Shown one piece after another: positions 12,007-25,936 of a stretch of 64,000 nt of DNA. The position numbers and the translations under genes were made by a program. The notes under the pieces are model-generated. The model was not told where the DNA came from, searched no databases, and worked only from the letters and a program-made list of their open reading frames with translations. The stretch lies in assembly GCA_002104945.1 (NCBI GenBank), contig MCFH01000057.1, forward strand, positions 124,001 to 188,000, read 5' to 3'. This DNA comes from Piromyces finnis finn (taxonomy: Eukaryota > Fungi > Neocallimastigomycota). Positions within the stretch are counted from its first letter, which is position 1; each line of letters starts with the position of its first letter.

Positions 12007-12568
12007 TGTAAATTAGATGAAAATTGAATTTATTTTATTTTTTTTATTTTTTATTTTTTTTTTTTCATTATTCAATATAAGTATACAAATATATAAATAT
12101 ATATAATAATGTATAATATGTAATTTTAATATAAATTTTGTATTTTTAATGAGTACTTATTTTTTAAAAGTTTTAAATAAAAATATTTTTATTATTTATT
12201 TATTATTTATTTATTATTTATTTATTATTTTTATTATTTTTTTTTATTAATGATCATATAATAAAAAGTAATATTTAATATATATATATATAATTATGTT
12301 TTTTTTTTGTTTTGTTTATACATTTTCTTTAAGAATTTGTTTATACATTTAAAAATCTTTTTTTAATATTAAAATTATAAAAAATATAATTCTTTCATAA
12401 TAATGATTTAGTTTTATATACTATAATTAATTATATATACCTTTTTGTTAATATTAATATTATTAATTGAAGTATTTCGTTATTTAATTGTACATATGTG
12501 ATTAGTTATATATAACTTTGTTATTAATTTATATTATAATTTTAAGCAATATATAATATATTGTTGTT

Positions 12569-13400
12569 TTAATCATCTAAAATATGTTTTCTTTTTCCTT
12601 TTAGAGGTTTGTTTACTTTTCTTCCAAAGTAAAAACTACAAAATAGAACTGATGTGATAAGTAATATTATAAGCATTATAAAAACATAAAATATATTAAC
12701 TTCATTATCAAACTTTTTTTTTTCATTTGAATTATAATCGTCAAGGCAAACACCAGAATAATCACAACAGTTACTATAACAATTTTCATCCTTTGAACAT
12801 TTTTGATTATTACTAAGTTTACAAATAACACCTTTTGAAGTAGGTTCCTTTTTGTTTGGTGTACATATTAATTCTTCAATATTAGAATTTGCTATACAAC
12901 AGTCACCTTTACAAAGCTCTGAATAACAATCTGAATCTTTTTTACAAAACATGTAACATTGACTACTTTGCTCTAAACTTGATTTCATTTTTAATGAAGT
13001 TTCAGTTCCCATGGAAAAATCTTTCTTGTATTCCTGTTCTACATCAACAGAAAAACTATGACTAATTGTTTCATTTCTATCTAATTCTTTGATACGTGGA
13101 ATTATTTCATTACTAATCTCATCTGGAATTTCAAGAAAACATGCATAATTTGTTCTACAGTAAAATTTAAAATCACAATAACTTTTTCCATCGTCACCAA
13201 TACTACAAGCAGTTGAATATTCTGGGCAATCGTCAAGACTATTACATTCTTTACTATATTAATATTTTTTATTTTACAATAATAAGAATTATATTTTTAA
13301 TCATAAAAATTTTTAAATAAATTAACAATTATTTTTCTTACTTTAATAGAATTAAAATGATTTTAATAAATTACTTTTCTATTTTCCTTTTCTTTATTAT
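12569..13400 (-). CDS. Cys-rich single-pass membrane protein (CxxxxDCxSxxC repeats); 5' end unresolved
   Basis: The frame is open from ~13255 (KECNSLDDCPEYSTAC...) through CKKDSDCYSELCKGDCC and CSKDENCYSNCCDYSGVC to the TM helix IFYVFIMLIILLITSVLFCSFYF and a basic tail. The candidate first exon (~13342-13390) has a GTAAG donor and hydrophobic codons but no clean in-frame ATG. Confidence 0.65.
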
Positions 13401-15062
13401 TATTATTATTATTATTATATTATCAAGTATTAATTTTTATGAATTAAAGAACATTGAAAATAACAATAATAAAATAGATAATTTTAAGAATATAACATTA
13501 TATTTTAATTAAAAGCAACTTACATTTTAAGTTTTTTTAAATCACTTATTAAGAAATTTGTTTCATAAAATTTTGAACCTGTTGCTTCATCTGTAAAAGA
13601 ATATCCACTATTTATAAATAGAGATATTAGTGTTATTAATAATAAAAACATTTTTTTTTTATATCACAAAGTATTTCTTGGATGAATATTGCTTTTTAAT
13701 TGTTTTACACTATATTTTATAATTTTTTAATTGTTTTATAATTTAATTTGTAAATTACAGTAAATTATATATTTTTTTAAATATTATATATTTTGTTGTT
13801 TATATAGTTAATTTACAATAATTTTCCATTTATTCTTTTTATTATTTTTCTTATTCTTATTATCATCTATTCCTTCTTTTTTTTTTTTTTTGTTTACATT
13901 GAACAAAAAAAAAAGTTTCCCTTTTTTAAAAAAAAGATTATTTCAATATAAATAATAAATAATATTAATATAAATTAATATTTATTGGATAGCTTAAACT
14001 TTATTAAATAATAAAAAATATTAATCTATTTTTGTGTAACACCTTTTTTTTAATAATAAAAAAAAGTGGATCTAAAAGAAATATTTTCTTTTTTTTTTAA
14101 AAAAAAAGAAATGAAAACTTTCTATTATGATTAGTAGTAGAAATAACAATATTATCAGTTTTATTAATAATTGTAATTGTAGCAGTAGTAATAATAATAA
14201 CATTATTATTATTCAATGCGAAATATATTACATTACATATATTTTTTAAACTTTTATAGTTGTTTTCAAACTTATTTTCAGAATTCAAGTATTACCAAAA
14301 AACAGCCTCTCTCTCTCTACTAACATATTACCACTATGACTATGTTTAAATAAATTATATTATACTTGGATAAACCATTATTTTAAAAGTATTTATGGAT
14401 AGCTACTAATATATTTTTTGTTATAATTTCTAATAGCATATTATTTATAAAGAATTTTATATTATAATATAATTAATAATTTGATAAAGTATTATTAAAT
14501 AAAAAAGAAAAATTACTTTTAATAATGGATAAGTTTAAACAGATTTAAGATTTGATTAATAAAATAAAGTTAAATTAATCAAGGTAACAAAACTTTCAAG
14601 ACTTTAGTAAAATTAGCCTCACATCCTCATCCTTGTCCAGGTTGATGACTTTTTACTAAATCATCTTACTCTCAAATCAAAAATTAATACTTTTGTATTA
14701 CGATTAATAGATAATATTATTATTATTAATTAAGACTAAATACATCACAAAATGTATAATTGTATTGTTTTAATTATATTAAGCATTGCTATATTTTATA
14801 ATACCATGAAAATAATTGACATTGTTCAATAGTCTGTTGAATCTATTAATAACTTTTCATCAAATATAAAATTTCATTTTTTTTTATAAATTTTTAATAA
14901 TTTTTAAAAATTAAATTGTACACATTTTTAGCCAATCACATCTTGACTATAGTTTCAATTTTGTCTTTTTTTTTTTTTTAAAAAAAATTTAAAAAAAATA
15001 AAAATTTAAGAATTTGAAAATTTTTATTTGTTATATAGATTTAGCGAAAGTGTAAAGACAAA

Positions 15063-17200
15063 ATGGTAGAAAAAAGTAATAATAATTTTGGAAAGAAGTT
15101 AGCTTCTACTGGTAATACATAATGTTTATTACTAATAACAAAATTAAATTTATTATAAAATAAAATTAATCAAAATTCTAATTGAATAATAATTAATAAA
15201 GATAAAAAAACAAGAGATAATGCAGTTAAAAGCTTGTCTAAATTTTTATCACATAAAAAAAACTTATCTGATTTAGAACTTTTAAAATTATGGAAAGGCC
15301 TCTTCTATTGTAATTTTAAAACATAACGTTCATTTATTTTTTAGTTTATATATATATATAATATATCATAAATGTCTAATTTAAATATAAATTTAAAAAA
15401 GGTTATTGGATGTCTGATAAACAATTAATTCAACAACAATTAGCAAATCAATTGGGTTCTCTTTTATTAAAAATACCAAATGAAATGGTTTTTAAGTTTT
15501 TAAGAGCTTTCTGGAAAATCATAATATCAGAATGGAATGGTTTAGATCGCTTAAGGTAAAACATATAAATATGAGAACTAAATAATAATTAAGATCTTCA
15601 ACCGTTTACTTATAATAAATCTCTTTATTATATGTAGAATTGATAAATATTATTATTTAATGAGAAGAATGCATTATTATACATTTAAATTTTTAGAAAA
15701 AGTTAATTGGAGAAAGCAATATGTATTGGAATATGTTGATTTATATGATACAGGACCATTATGGTATTTTTTAATTTATATAAAATTTTAAATTTCCCTT
15801 TTTATCAAAATATAAGCGCTAAATAAATATATGTGTTTCTAATAAAAAAAAAAACTTTTAAAAATAAAAAAAAATAATAGCTTTTTAAATGATAAAATTC
15901 CACGTGCTATTCATTATCATATATGTGAAGTTTTTTTCCAAATATTTGAAGAAGCAGTCGAGAAATCAGTATGCAAAAATAATTTAATAATATATAAAAT
16001 TATTAGAAATTTAATGTCTTTATTTTTTTTCAAATGAATTTTCAAACTAAGCTCTTTTTATTATACATTATTTATATATATTTTATCAAAAAGGTTCCAA
16101 AAAAAGCCTTTCAAAAGTTATTAGAACCATTTATTGATATTGTTACTTTTTCATTTGATTTTATATTAATTGAACATGCTACATCAGAAATATTTTTATA
16201 CTTATATAAACAATTATCAAAAGGTAAATTTTTATTAATGCAAAAAAAAATCTAGTATTATCAAAGTAATAATATATATATTTTTTATATAATAAAAATA
16301 ATAGGATTCAAAAAAAATATAGACAATGACGACAGCGACGATAGTGTAGAAAGTGATGAAAACGAAGAAATAGATAATAGTAATAAAAATGATAAAATTT
16401 CACAAATATATTGTAAATCGGTTGATATTCCAGAATTATATTGTCAAATAATAGATTTAACTGAGGAACCAACAACAAATCCATCAAATATCGAAATTTT
16501 AAGCTATATAGCAGAATTATTTTACCCAATGGCTAATGATAAGTTAGAAAATGCTGATACTGATTCAGATGATAGTGAATATGATGAAATTAATGCAGAA
16601 TATGATATAGAACCAGAAATCATAGTAGTTGGAAGTGAAAATAAAGGTATTTTTTTTTTTTTTATTTTTTTTTTAAAAAATAGTTATATTATATATATAT
16701 AATTACATAATAAAAAAAATTAATTTATATATTAAATGTATTATATAATTTTTAAAACTCTAAATTTCTAAAAATTATCAATAAAAATCAATAGAAAATA
16801 TTATAAATAAGCCTTCTATATTAAAAGTTAAAACCCCATTTAAAAATGGTAAGCATTTATATATTAACATATAGTAAGCATAATTAAATAGATTTATTAA
16901 TAAAGTATAAAACAAAATTAACAAAAATAATTTATATAATAGAAAAAGATGTCTCTAAAAATATTTTAAAGAAGGTTAAAAGTAAGAAAATAAAGAAAAA
17001 TACACCAAAAAAGAATGTTCACTGGAATTTAAAAACAAATAAAATTAAATGTAAGATAGATAATTAATTATAAATTATTATATAATATTATAATTATTCA
17101 AATATAACTAAAAACATTAATATATATACATATATACTTTAATAAAAATTATTTTATAGTATTTGACAAAAACGAGAAAATTATAGAATTAATAAAATAG
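15063..17200 (+). CDS. RRP1: Ribosomal RNA-processing protein 1 / Nop52 family (multi-exon)
   Basis: Spliced translation MVEK...[20 protein letters not shown]...[27 protein letters not shown]...[30 protein letters not shown] matches the Nop52 signature. Acidic and basic C-terminal exons follow, with the stop at 17198-17200. Confidence 0.92.
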
Positions 17201-17548
17201 ATATGACAAATGGACTATGAAAATCACTAAAATCTTTTAAAATTTTAATTTTATAATATAGAATAGAAAGGTTTCCATTAAAGCAATAAATGTAGTATTA
17301 TATATATAAAAAGATTTATAAAACAAAAAACAAAACAAACAAAAAAAAAAAAACATTCAATTTTTAGCTATAAATTATTTAATAAATTTAATATAACAAT
17401 AATAGTTGTTTTTTTTTTTACAAATTTTATTATTTCTATTTTATTTATATATTTTTAATTATATAATTATAGAGAATAAAATATATCAATTATTATTAAA
17501 TAAAGAAAATATGCATAAATTATCAAAAATAAAAAAGGGAAAAAAAAA

Positions 17549-19923
17549 TTAATTTTCTTTTTTCGATCCACCAGAAACAATAGAATGTAAAACTGTTAAT
17601 ACAACAATAATAATTAACCAACTACGACGATCTTTCAATATAGTCATTGTATTTTGTAATACAGAATTTTCAGTTTTAGTACTTTTTTCAATTTCAGAAT
17701 TGTTTTCTTTTTCATCTAATAATTTAGTATTTTCATTAATTTCCTTAGTATTTTCACTTTTCTTTTCTAATATTTCTTTTTCTTCCTTTTCTTTTTCTAA
17801 TCTTTCTTTTTCTTCCTTTTCTTTTTGTAATCTTTCTTGTTCTTCCTTTTCTTTTTGTAATCTTTCTTTTTCTTCCTTTTCTAATCTTTCTTTTTGTAAT
17901 CTTTCTTGTTCTTCCTTTTCTTTTTGTAATCTTTCTTTTTCTTCCTTTTCTAATCTTTCTTTTTCTAATCTTTCTTGTTCTTCCTTTTCTTTTTGTAATC
18001 TTTCTTTTTCTTCCTTTTCTAATCTTTCTTTTTCTAATCTTTCTTGTTCTTCCTTTTCTAATCTTTCCTTTTCTAATCTTTCTTGTTCTTCCTTTTCTAA
18101 TCTTTCTTTTTCTAATCTTTCTTGTTCTTCCTTTTCTTTTTCTATAACTTCTTCATTTTCTTTTTCTTGGTTTGCCTTAAACATTTCTTTTTGTAAGGAT
18201 TGATTATCTTTTTGTAAAGGTTGAGATTCCTTAAATACTTTACTTTCTGTAATTAGTAATTAAATATGAAATGACAATAAAATTTTTAAAAGTTAATAAC
18301 TTTAATCAATAGAACAATAATAATAAATAATAATTATATAATAATTTCTTAAATTCCATACCACTTCTATAGAAACCTTTAGTTGGAACTATAATTATTT
18401 TTAATGTATAAATATAAATAATTTATTAATTATATTGTTTCTATATAGTATATTTAAATATTTATAAAACTATATATACTAAATTCATCCAAGTCAGAAC
18501 TGTCTTCTTTATCAAAGTTTACTATTGTTTAAAAAAAAAAAAAAAGGAAAAAAGTATTAAAAATAAAAATATAATATATTTATATATTTTATTTTGTAAA
18601 TAAAATATAGACGGTGGTTCTTACTTGATGAGGTGTCATCATTTTTCTTCAATTCTTCATGTAATTTATTTTCTAAATTATTGAAAGTTGGGAGATTTAT
18701 ATTATTTTCTTTAAAATTATCATATTGGGCTTGAACTTCGTTATCTATAATAAATAATTTTTGAAAGTGGTTTTAGATTATTTTTTCACTTTAACATTAT
18801 ATTTATTAACTATTTATCTTGCTATTGAAAATTAATTATCTTACCAGTAAATTCTAATTTACCAACAAGATCTCTTACAGCTTTTCCATAACCTCTTAAT
18901 TCTAAAAAGTGACTATTAAAAAGAATTTTCATAATTATAAAATTAATATTATTAATAAATAATTGTTATAATGAAAAGGATTGCATTACTAAAAATTATA
19001 TACCTTAAAGCATGAAGACAATATATAACTTTTGGAGAATTTTTCTTTTCGTAACAATCAGTAGTTTCAAAGTAAAAAATCTTTTTAAGAATATATATTA
19101 TTATCATTTTTTTTTTTTTTTTTTTTAGTAAATATTTATAAATCTTATTTTTTTTTTTTTTTTTTTGATGAATTTTTTATTATATAACACAGTATTTTTT
19201 ATCTTACTTCTGGGAATTTTATTTTTCTTAATGCATCAAAGAAATAATTGATATTATCTGAATGACGGAATTGCAATTTTTCACTCTATTATTAAAATAT
19301 ATTATTTTTATTAATTATTATATATTATTTAAATTATTATTATCATTTCTCTCCTTTTTTTTTTTTTTTTTTTATTTACTTCAAAAATCTTTTTAACAGA
19401 TTCTTGTGAAAATAATCTTGCTAACTCTGCCAAGGTTATACCGTATTGTAATTGATTTTCAAATTCAGAAATTGGTGCTAATTCTTTCTTTAACATACGT
19501 TCCATCCATCTATTATTAAATATACATATATTTATATAATTTAAATTTAAATAATTTTATTAATAATAGTAATTTTAGTTTTTTAGTTACATACTCTTTT
19601 GCTTCACCAACGTGACATAAATATTCATAAACTCTAAATTTATTTCTCTCTTCATCCATAATATCACTATTTAATCCATCTGTTGTATTAATAGTCCACT
19701 TCTTTCTACGATCTTTTTCAATAATTTATTTATAATTTTCAACATTGAAAAATTATATAATATATTATTTTTAATATAATAACATTATTAAATATATATA
19801 TACATATGTATATATAATTAAAATGTATAATAAATATTTACTATTTCCATTAGTTGAAAGAACCGAAGAAGAACGATGAATTGGTCTTTCTATATAATTA
19901 TTGTTATTAGCTACTTCAGTCAT
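17549..19923 (-). CDS. IQGAP-type calponin-homology domain protein with an EK-rich repeat stalk and C-terminal TM helix (no IQ/RasGAP)
   Basis: Spliced translation includes MDEERNKFRVYEYLCHVGEAKEWMERMLKKELAPISEFENQLQYGITLAELA...LQFRHSDNINYFFDAL...FYFETTDCYEKKNSPKVIYCLHALS...DLVGKLEFT. Phase-consistent short exons lead into the 17549-18247 exon, which ends RRSWLIIIVVLTVLHSIVSGGSKKEN*. Confidence 0.85.
17765..18140 (-). repeat. Coding tandem repeat (EKEEQERLEKERL-type units, 39 nt with shorter variants)
   Basis: Repeated TTCTTGTTCTTCCTTTTCTAATCTTTCTTTTTCTAATCT and ...TTTTGTAATCT variants on the + strand. Confidence 0.95.
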
Positions 19924-21203
19924 TTTATTTTAGATTATTAATAATATAAAAAAGATTATTTTTTTTAAAAAAAATATTTTTTTAAAAAGATATTTTTTTT
20001 CTTAAATAAAATATAATTAACTAAAATGATGCATTATGAAATATTTTCATTAAAACAATAACTTAATGGGATATTAATTACATTTCATATTATAATTATA
20101 TAATTATAGATAATTAATTCAATATTTATAGATTTAAATATTAATCTTTTACGAAAAAAAAAAAAAAAAGTTGACAATTTATTGTAATAAAAAATAAAAC
20201 TTTAATTTATAATATTTAATGGAAGTAAAATAAATGTTATAATTACGTTTATAAATAGAATTAAATCTCAAAAAAAGAATATATATATTTGTTAATTAAT
20301 TAATACACACAAATGATTTGAAAACTTTATAGATATAATAATAATTAATGAAATAAAAAAAACTTTTTATAATTTTACAATATTAAATATCTTATTACTA
20401 GCTTTAAAATCTATTGTAATTTTATGAATGTTTTAAAGATTATTCTATTACATTATATATAAAAAGTTATATATTATTCTATTATAACAAAGTTTTCATT
20501 TATCTTTGTTGCATTTTCTTAGTGTATGATGAACTAAATATTAAAAAAAAAAAAAAAAAATTATATTAACATTACTAAAGTTATTCTGTTCAATATGTTT
20601 ATGTGTATTACAAACTTTTTATAAAAAACTGAATAGGAAATAATTAGCTTTGCTGCTTTATATTTTTATTCAATTATTTTTACAATATGACTACTATTAA
20701 AATAATATGGTTGAAATTACTAATTCTACAATTATAATATATCATTAAATTTTAAAAAATATATATTATATATATTTACAAAAATAACATTATTATATAT
20801 ATATAATATATGATAATGATAAGCTTTTTTATTTATTTATTTTTTCATCTTACTTTGAAATTAACTTTATATACTTTAAACTTGTTACATTTTTTATTAC
20901 ATAATAAGTACAGAACATTCAAAAGTTTTTAGTTATATTCAAAGAATGTATACAGAAAATTATAAAAGTTTACTAATATTTAAATATTTTAATTAAATTT
21001 AAGCTTCAATGTAAACAGATTTTATATATTTTATATTTTATTATTACAGCAAAAAAAAAAAAAAAAAAGAATTTTTTTTTCAAAGTTTAAATATTATGCT
21101 TTTTATTATGAATAAATGATCTGAAGCAATGATTAAAAAAATATTTCTTAACATTATTTTTCAATACACAAAATAATTATAGTAATAACATTAAAGTGAT
21201 CAA

Positions 21204-22112
21204 ATGCTATATAGTAATCAACGTGCTAAAGTAGATAGTAATTTTGGAAGACCATATAAAAATGTACAACAATATTCTAATCATTCACTACCAAATACTA
21301 TATCATTAATTCAACAAAAGTACTTATATTATTATTATAATAATATTATTATTGTATTAGTGTTGTTATCATATTACTTTTATAATTTTTTTTAAACATG
21401 TAATTAACTTATATTATATTATAGATACCAAGTAAAAAATGATAAAAATGATGTAAGTATAAAGAATATAATATAATAATGAAAAAAAAAGACTTTGTAA
21501 TAATTATTATTTTATTTAGATATCAAAAAAAAGTAAAAAAAAAGTAATTACTAATGATGAAAATTCACCAGATTATGTATTCAAAGATGATCAGAGTAGG
21601 AGTTTATGTTATCATTATAAACCCATTTTTTTTTTGTGATATCTAACTTTATTTTTCATTTTTTTTTTTTAAATTATATTTTTGTAGAATTATGGACATC
21701 ATCAACTTGTCTTTATATTGAAGTAAAATTTATTTATTTATTCAATTATCTGTGTATTTATTTATTTATATATAATTTAAATAATCAAATCTAATAAAAA
21801 AAAATAGTCTATTGGGAATGGCGACAAACTCAACAAAGTTCAAAATACATCTCAATCTAATCCAAAACTCAATAATAAATATATAAATTCCACTGATTCA
21901 AATATATCATATATAAATTCAAAATTAATAGATGGAACAATTAACCTAAAGATAAATAATTTTAGTCAAGATATGAATTTATATAATGATGATTCAATTA
22001 CTAAATACGATACCATATCGGAAAGAAATAAAATGAATAAACCTTATTCTAAAGAAGTAATGAAAAAAAAAAAAAAAAAAAAAAAAAGAAAAAAATACAA
22101 TTTACTATTAGA

Positions 22113-22198
<86 letters not shown>

Positions 22199-25100
22199 CA
22201 TTATTATCTAATAAAAAGAAAATAATAAATATATTAATATAAATAATTGTTACTTTTATTCATATAGCCATCAGAAAGATATTCTTATTTAAAAATTGAA
22301 GATACAGGACAAGAAAGAATCAATCTTAGTAGAAAAAATCTTTATGTAAAAAAAAAAAATAATTAGTTTAAAACTATACCCTTTTTTTTTTCATTAAATT
22401 AAAATTAAATCTTTTCATTTATATTAATAATAATATAACAAAAGTCATGCGTTCATATATCAGGAGAGGAAAGAGTTAGACTATTGAATTATCAAAATAA
22501 TTTTATTTCACGTATAGAATGTTTATCGAATTTTAGAAATCTTATATTTTTAGATTTTTTTAATAATAATATTGAGGTATTAATAAAAAAACAATTCATG
22601 ATAATTCAACAACAACAACAAAAAAAAAAACATTCTTGTTTGTCATTCATTATTATAACAAACTAAAAAAAAACAGTTATTAATAAGCAAATATCCATAT
22701 AATTATTTATCTAGAAAATTCAAGGATTGGATAATTTAAATTCATTGAGAGTATTAATGCTTGGAAGAAATAAAATATCAAAAATTGAAGGATTACATTT
22801 TGTTTCAAAATTGGATGTATTAGATTTACATAACAATGAAATTACAGAAATTGGTAAATTAACTATTTTTATATTTTAGTACCCTCATAATATTCAATGT
22901 ATTTAGAATAGTTTTAATAATTAAAATTATCAAAATTATAAATAGAAAACCTTAGTACCTTATCCGAGTTAAGAGTTTTAAACCTTGAAAATAATAAAAT
23001 TACAGAATTAGCCAATCTACATGGTTTGATAAGTTTATCTGATTTAAACCTAAAAAATAATCATGTAACTTTCTCATTATCTATGATGCTATTTATAAAA
23101 ATCAAATATATATATATATATATTATTATTATTATTATTAATTAAATACAATTAAAAATTCTCAATAGATTTCAATCGTTAGAAATATTCCTAAATTAAA
23201 TAATTTAAAAAAAGTATGTCTTGCTGGAAATAAAATAAAATCATTCAGTGATATCAACGACTTAAACATTCTTCACCTTTTTGGTAAGAAAGAAAAGAAA
23301 TTATTATTACAATTATTAATTTTGTTACTAATGAATAATTTAAATTTAATCATTTGGATTTTTAAAATTTATATTTACTTTTGAAAATAAAAGATATATC
23401 GTTGGAGCATAATCCAATATTTAATATACCCTTATATAGATCAACTCTTATATTCAAATTTAGATATATCAAAATATTAGATGGTCATAGAGTAACAGAA
23501 GAAGAAAAACGTTTATCCTATAAAATTACAAAAAAAGAAGAAGAAAAAAGAAAAGAAAATGAAAGAATTACACAAAAAAACGAAGAAAAGTAAATATTCT
23601 ATTTTTATTTTAATAAAATTATAAAATTAATAGTAATACTATCAAGATAAATAAAAAATACAGAATAGTATTAATCGTATATATATATATATATATTATT
23701 ATTTTACCAAATAAAGAAAAAAGAGTATTAATAATATTCAAGAATTATGGAAACAAAAAATGAGAATTATTCAATCGAATCTGAATGATAATGGTGTTGT
23801 AGATTTAAAGTGTCTCAAATCAATTAATAATAATTCATTATGTCAAACCAATACTCAATTAGAAAATAACAATTCTTCCACATCAATTAAACCAAATTCT
23901 AGTATTTCATCAATTGATTCAAATTCAAATTCTACTACTACAATTAGAAACAGAAATAAGCTCGGTTCAGCATCGTCAAATTCACGTTCACTACTAAATT
24001 TGTATAATGGAAGTAACTCAGAATCAACTCTTCATTATTCTTCTTCCTCTTCTCTTTTAAATTCAAAAGATTCTTTATCTACCAATTCTAGGCCATTAAG
24101 TTCTAAAACTTCATATTTAAGAAATTTTACTAATAAAGTAAGAAATAGTATTAGTTCTTCGAGTCAAAAATTGTTATCAGTTAATGAAAGTAATAATTAA
24201 AAAATAAATTAAATAATTTAAAAATAAATTATAGAATATATTATAATGATCAAAAATTATTATCATTATTTTTAAAATATACTTTAATGTTTTATTATTA
24301 AATAATAATAATCATTATTTCTCTTTTTAAAATAATTTCTTTTTTTTAGTAAAAAATGATTCTCTCACATCATATATTGAACAGAATAAAAATGAAATAA
24401 GATTGTAAATAATTCAATATAAAAAGATAAATAATAATATATACTTATTTTTTCAACATATTCATTTTTAAATATTACATTATTTTAGATATGGTGATAC
24501 AAATGTTAATCTTGATAAATTAGATGCAACAGGAATAAAAACAATTTGCTTTTATTATATTCATATAAATAATATTATTGAAATAATGGATAAATTAAAA
24601 AGATTTACTGAGCTCAAAAAATTAATATTTTCAAATAATGATTTTTCTTCTTTAAATCAGGTAATGTATATATAATATTAAAAATAAGAGTAATATAAAT
24701 TAAAAAAATTTTTTTTTTTTTTTTTTTTTTTTTAATTGGATTTATAAAGTATTCATAAATTGTTAACAATCCTACATTTTAATTGAATTTATTATTTTTT
24801 TTTTAAAAAAAATTTTATATATAAATATATTGCTATTAGTTACACTCATTTTCAATATTAAGAAATATTGAGGAAATCGATATATTATCTTATGATAATC
24901 CAATAGTAAATTATGATAATTTAGTCTATTATATATTATATCGTTTAAAACACCTACCACTAAAAGTAGTATGTAAAAAAGAAATAACTGAAACCGATTA
25001 TGAAAATGCTGAACTAATGTTTGGTAAATAATATTATATAGTATCTATTTACTTATAAAACACAATAATAATATTAATAGGATTGAAATATTTAATTAAA

Positions 25101-25936
25101 GTAAATAAATATATATATTTTTTTTTTTACATTATTATTCATTTAAAGCTGGTTTACAAAAAGTAATATTGAAAATACCAACAAATATTATTTATCATAC
25201 TTCTGATCTTACCCTTCCCATTAATTTCACAGGAACAGTATGTCCCATGATAAAACAATATAAGTCAAAATATATGAATTTGGAAACATTAACCACTCTT
25301 CGGAAAAATAAAATTAATAATGACAAATCATCTAATAATAAGGATAAAGACAATAAAAATAATAGAAATGTCAATATTATTAGTAATAATAATAATAATA
25401 ATAGAAATAGTAATGAAAAGGAAAAAAATAAAGAAATCCTTCATAATAAAGATAATAATGATGACAATGATAAATCACAAATAAATAATGATAGTAATAA
25501 TAATAACACCAATACTGAAAAAAGTGATGACATAAAAGAAAAAACCATCATTACGAATAATGATACATCACCTACTGATATTATTACCAATTCTAACACT
25601 AATGATCATTATGGTGAAACAAAATCTAATACCCCACCTTCATATATGAGAAATGTTATTCAACAGTACTTTCAACTAAATTCATTATTTGTTATGGTAA
25701 CACAGGAAAATATTTCTATTCGTAATAAATTGATGGAATCAGGAAACTTTTTAAAATATAATCAATTTTTTAGTCTATGTATGTGAAATATGTGTAATAT
25801 CTATTGCAATAATAATTCCTTTTATTAATAATAACAATTATTTTTATTAAAATTAGCAACTAATAATGATTCTGAAGCCATGGAAATGAACTATAATAAT
25901 AGTAAAAAAGAGGCTAAACTTTGTATGCATATTTAA
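21204..25936 (+). CDS. LRRC49: Leucine-rich repeat-containing protein 49-like (tubulin polyglutamylase complex / centriolar satellite protein), with Ser- and Asn-rich insertions
   Basis: Spliced translation contains GEERVRLLNYQNNFISRIECLSNFRNLIFLDFFNNNIE, SLRVLMLGRNKISKIEGL, LDVLDLHNNEITEI, LRVLNLENNKI, NPIFNIPLYRSTLIFKFRYIKILDGHRVTEEEKRLS..ITKKEEEKRKE...KKSINNIQELW and NPIVNYDNLVYYILYRL. These are collinear with LRRC49 as recalled. Confidence 0.85.
22107..22205. repeat. (TTA)n microsatellite preceded by a poly-A run, intronic in LRRC49
   Basis: Direct inspection. It generates the spurious poly-K/poly-L ORF 21973-22242. Confidence 0.95.

Noticed and set aside
17549-17563. C-terminal KKEN as a KKxx ER-retrieval signal
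   Set aside because: With a cytosolic CH domain and one C-terminal TM, this tail would be luminal, where KKxx does not operate. It may only be a basic flank affecting targeting.
17700-18203. 167-aa Ser/Phe-rich plus-strand ORF
   Set aside because: It is the antisense shadow of the EK repeat exon.
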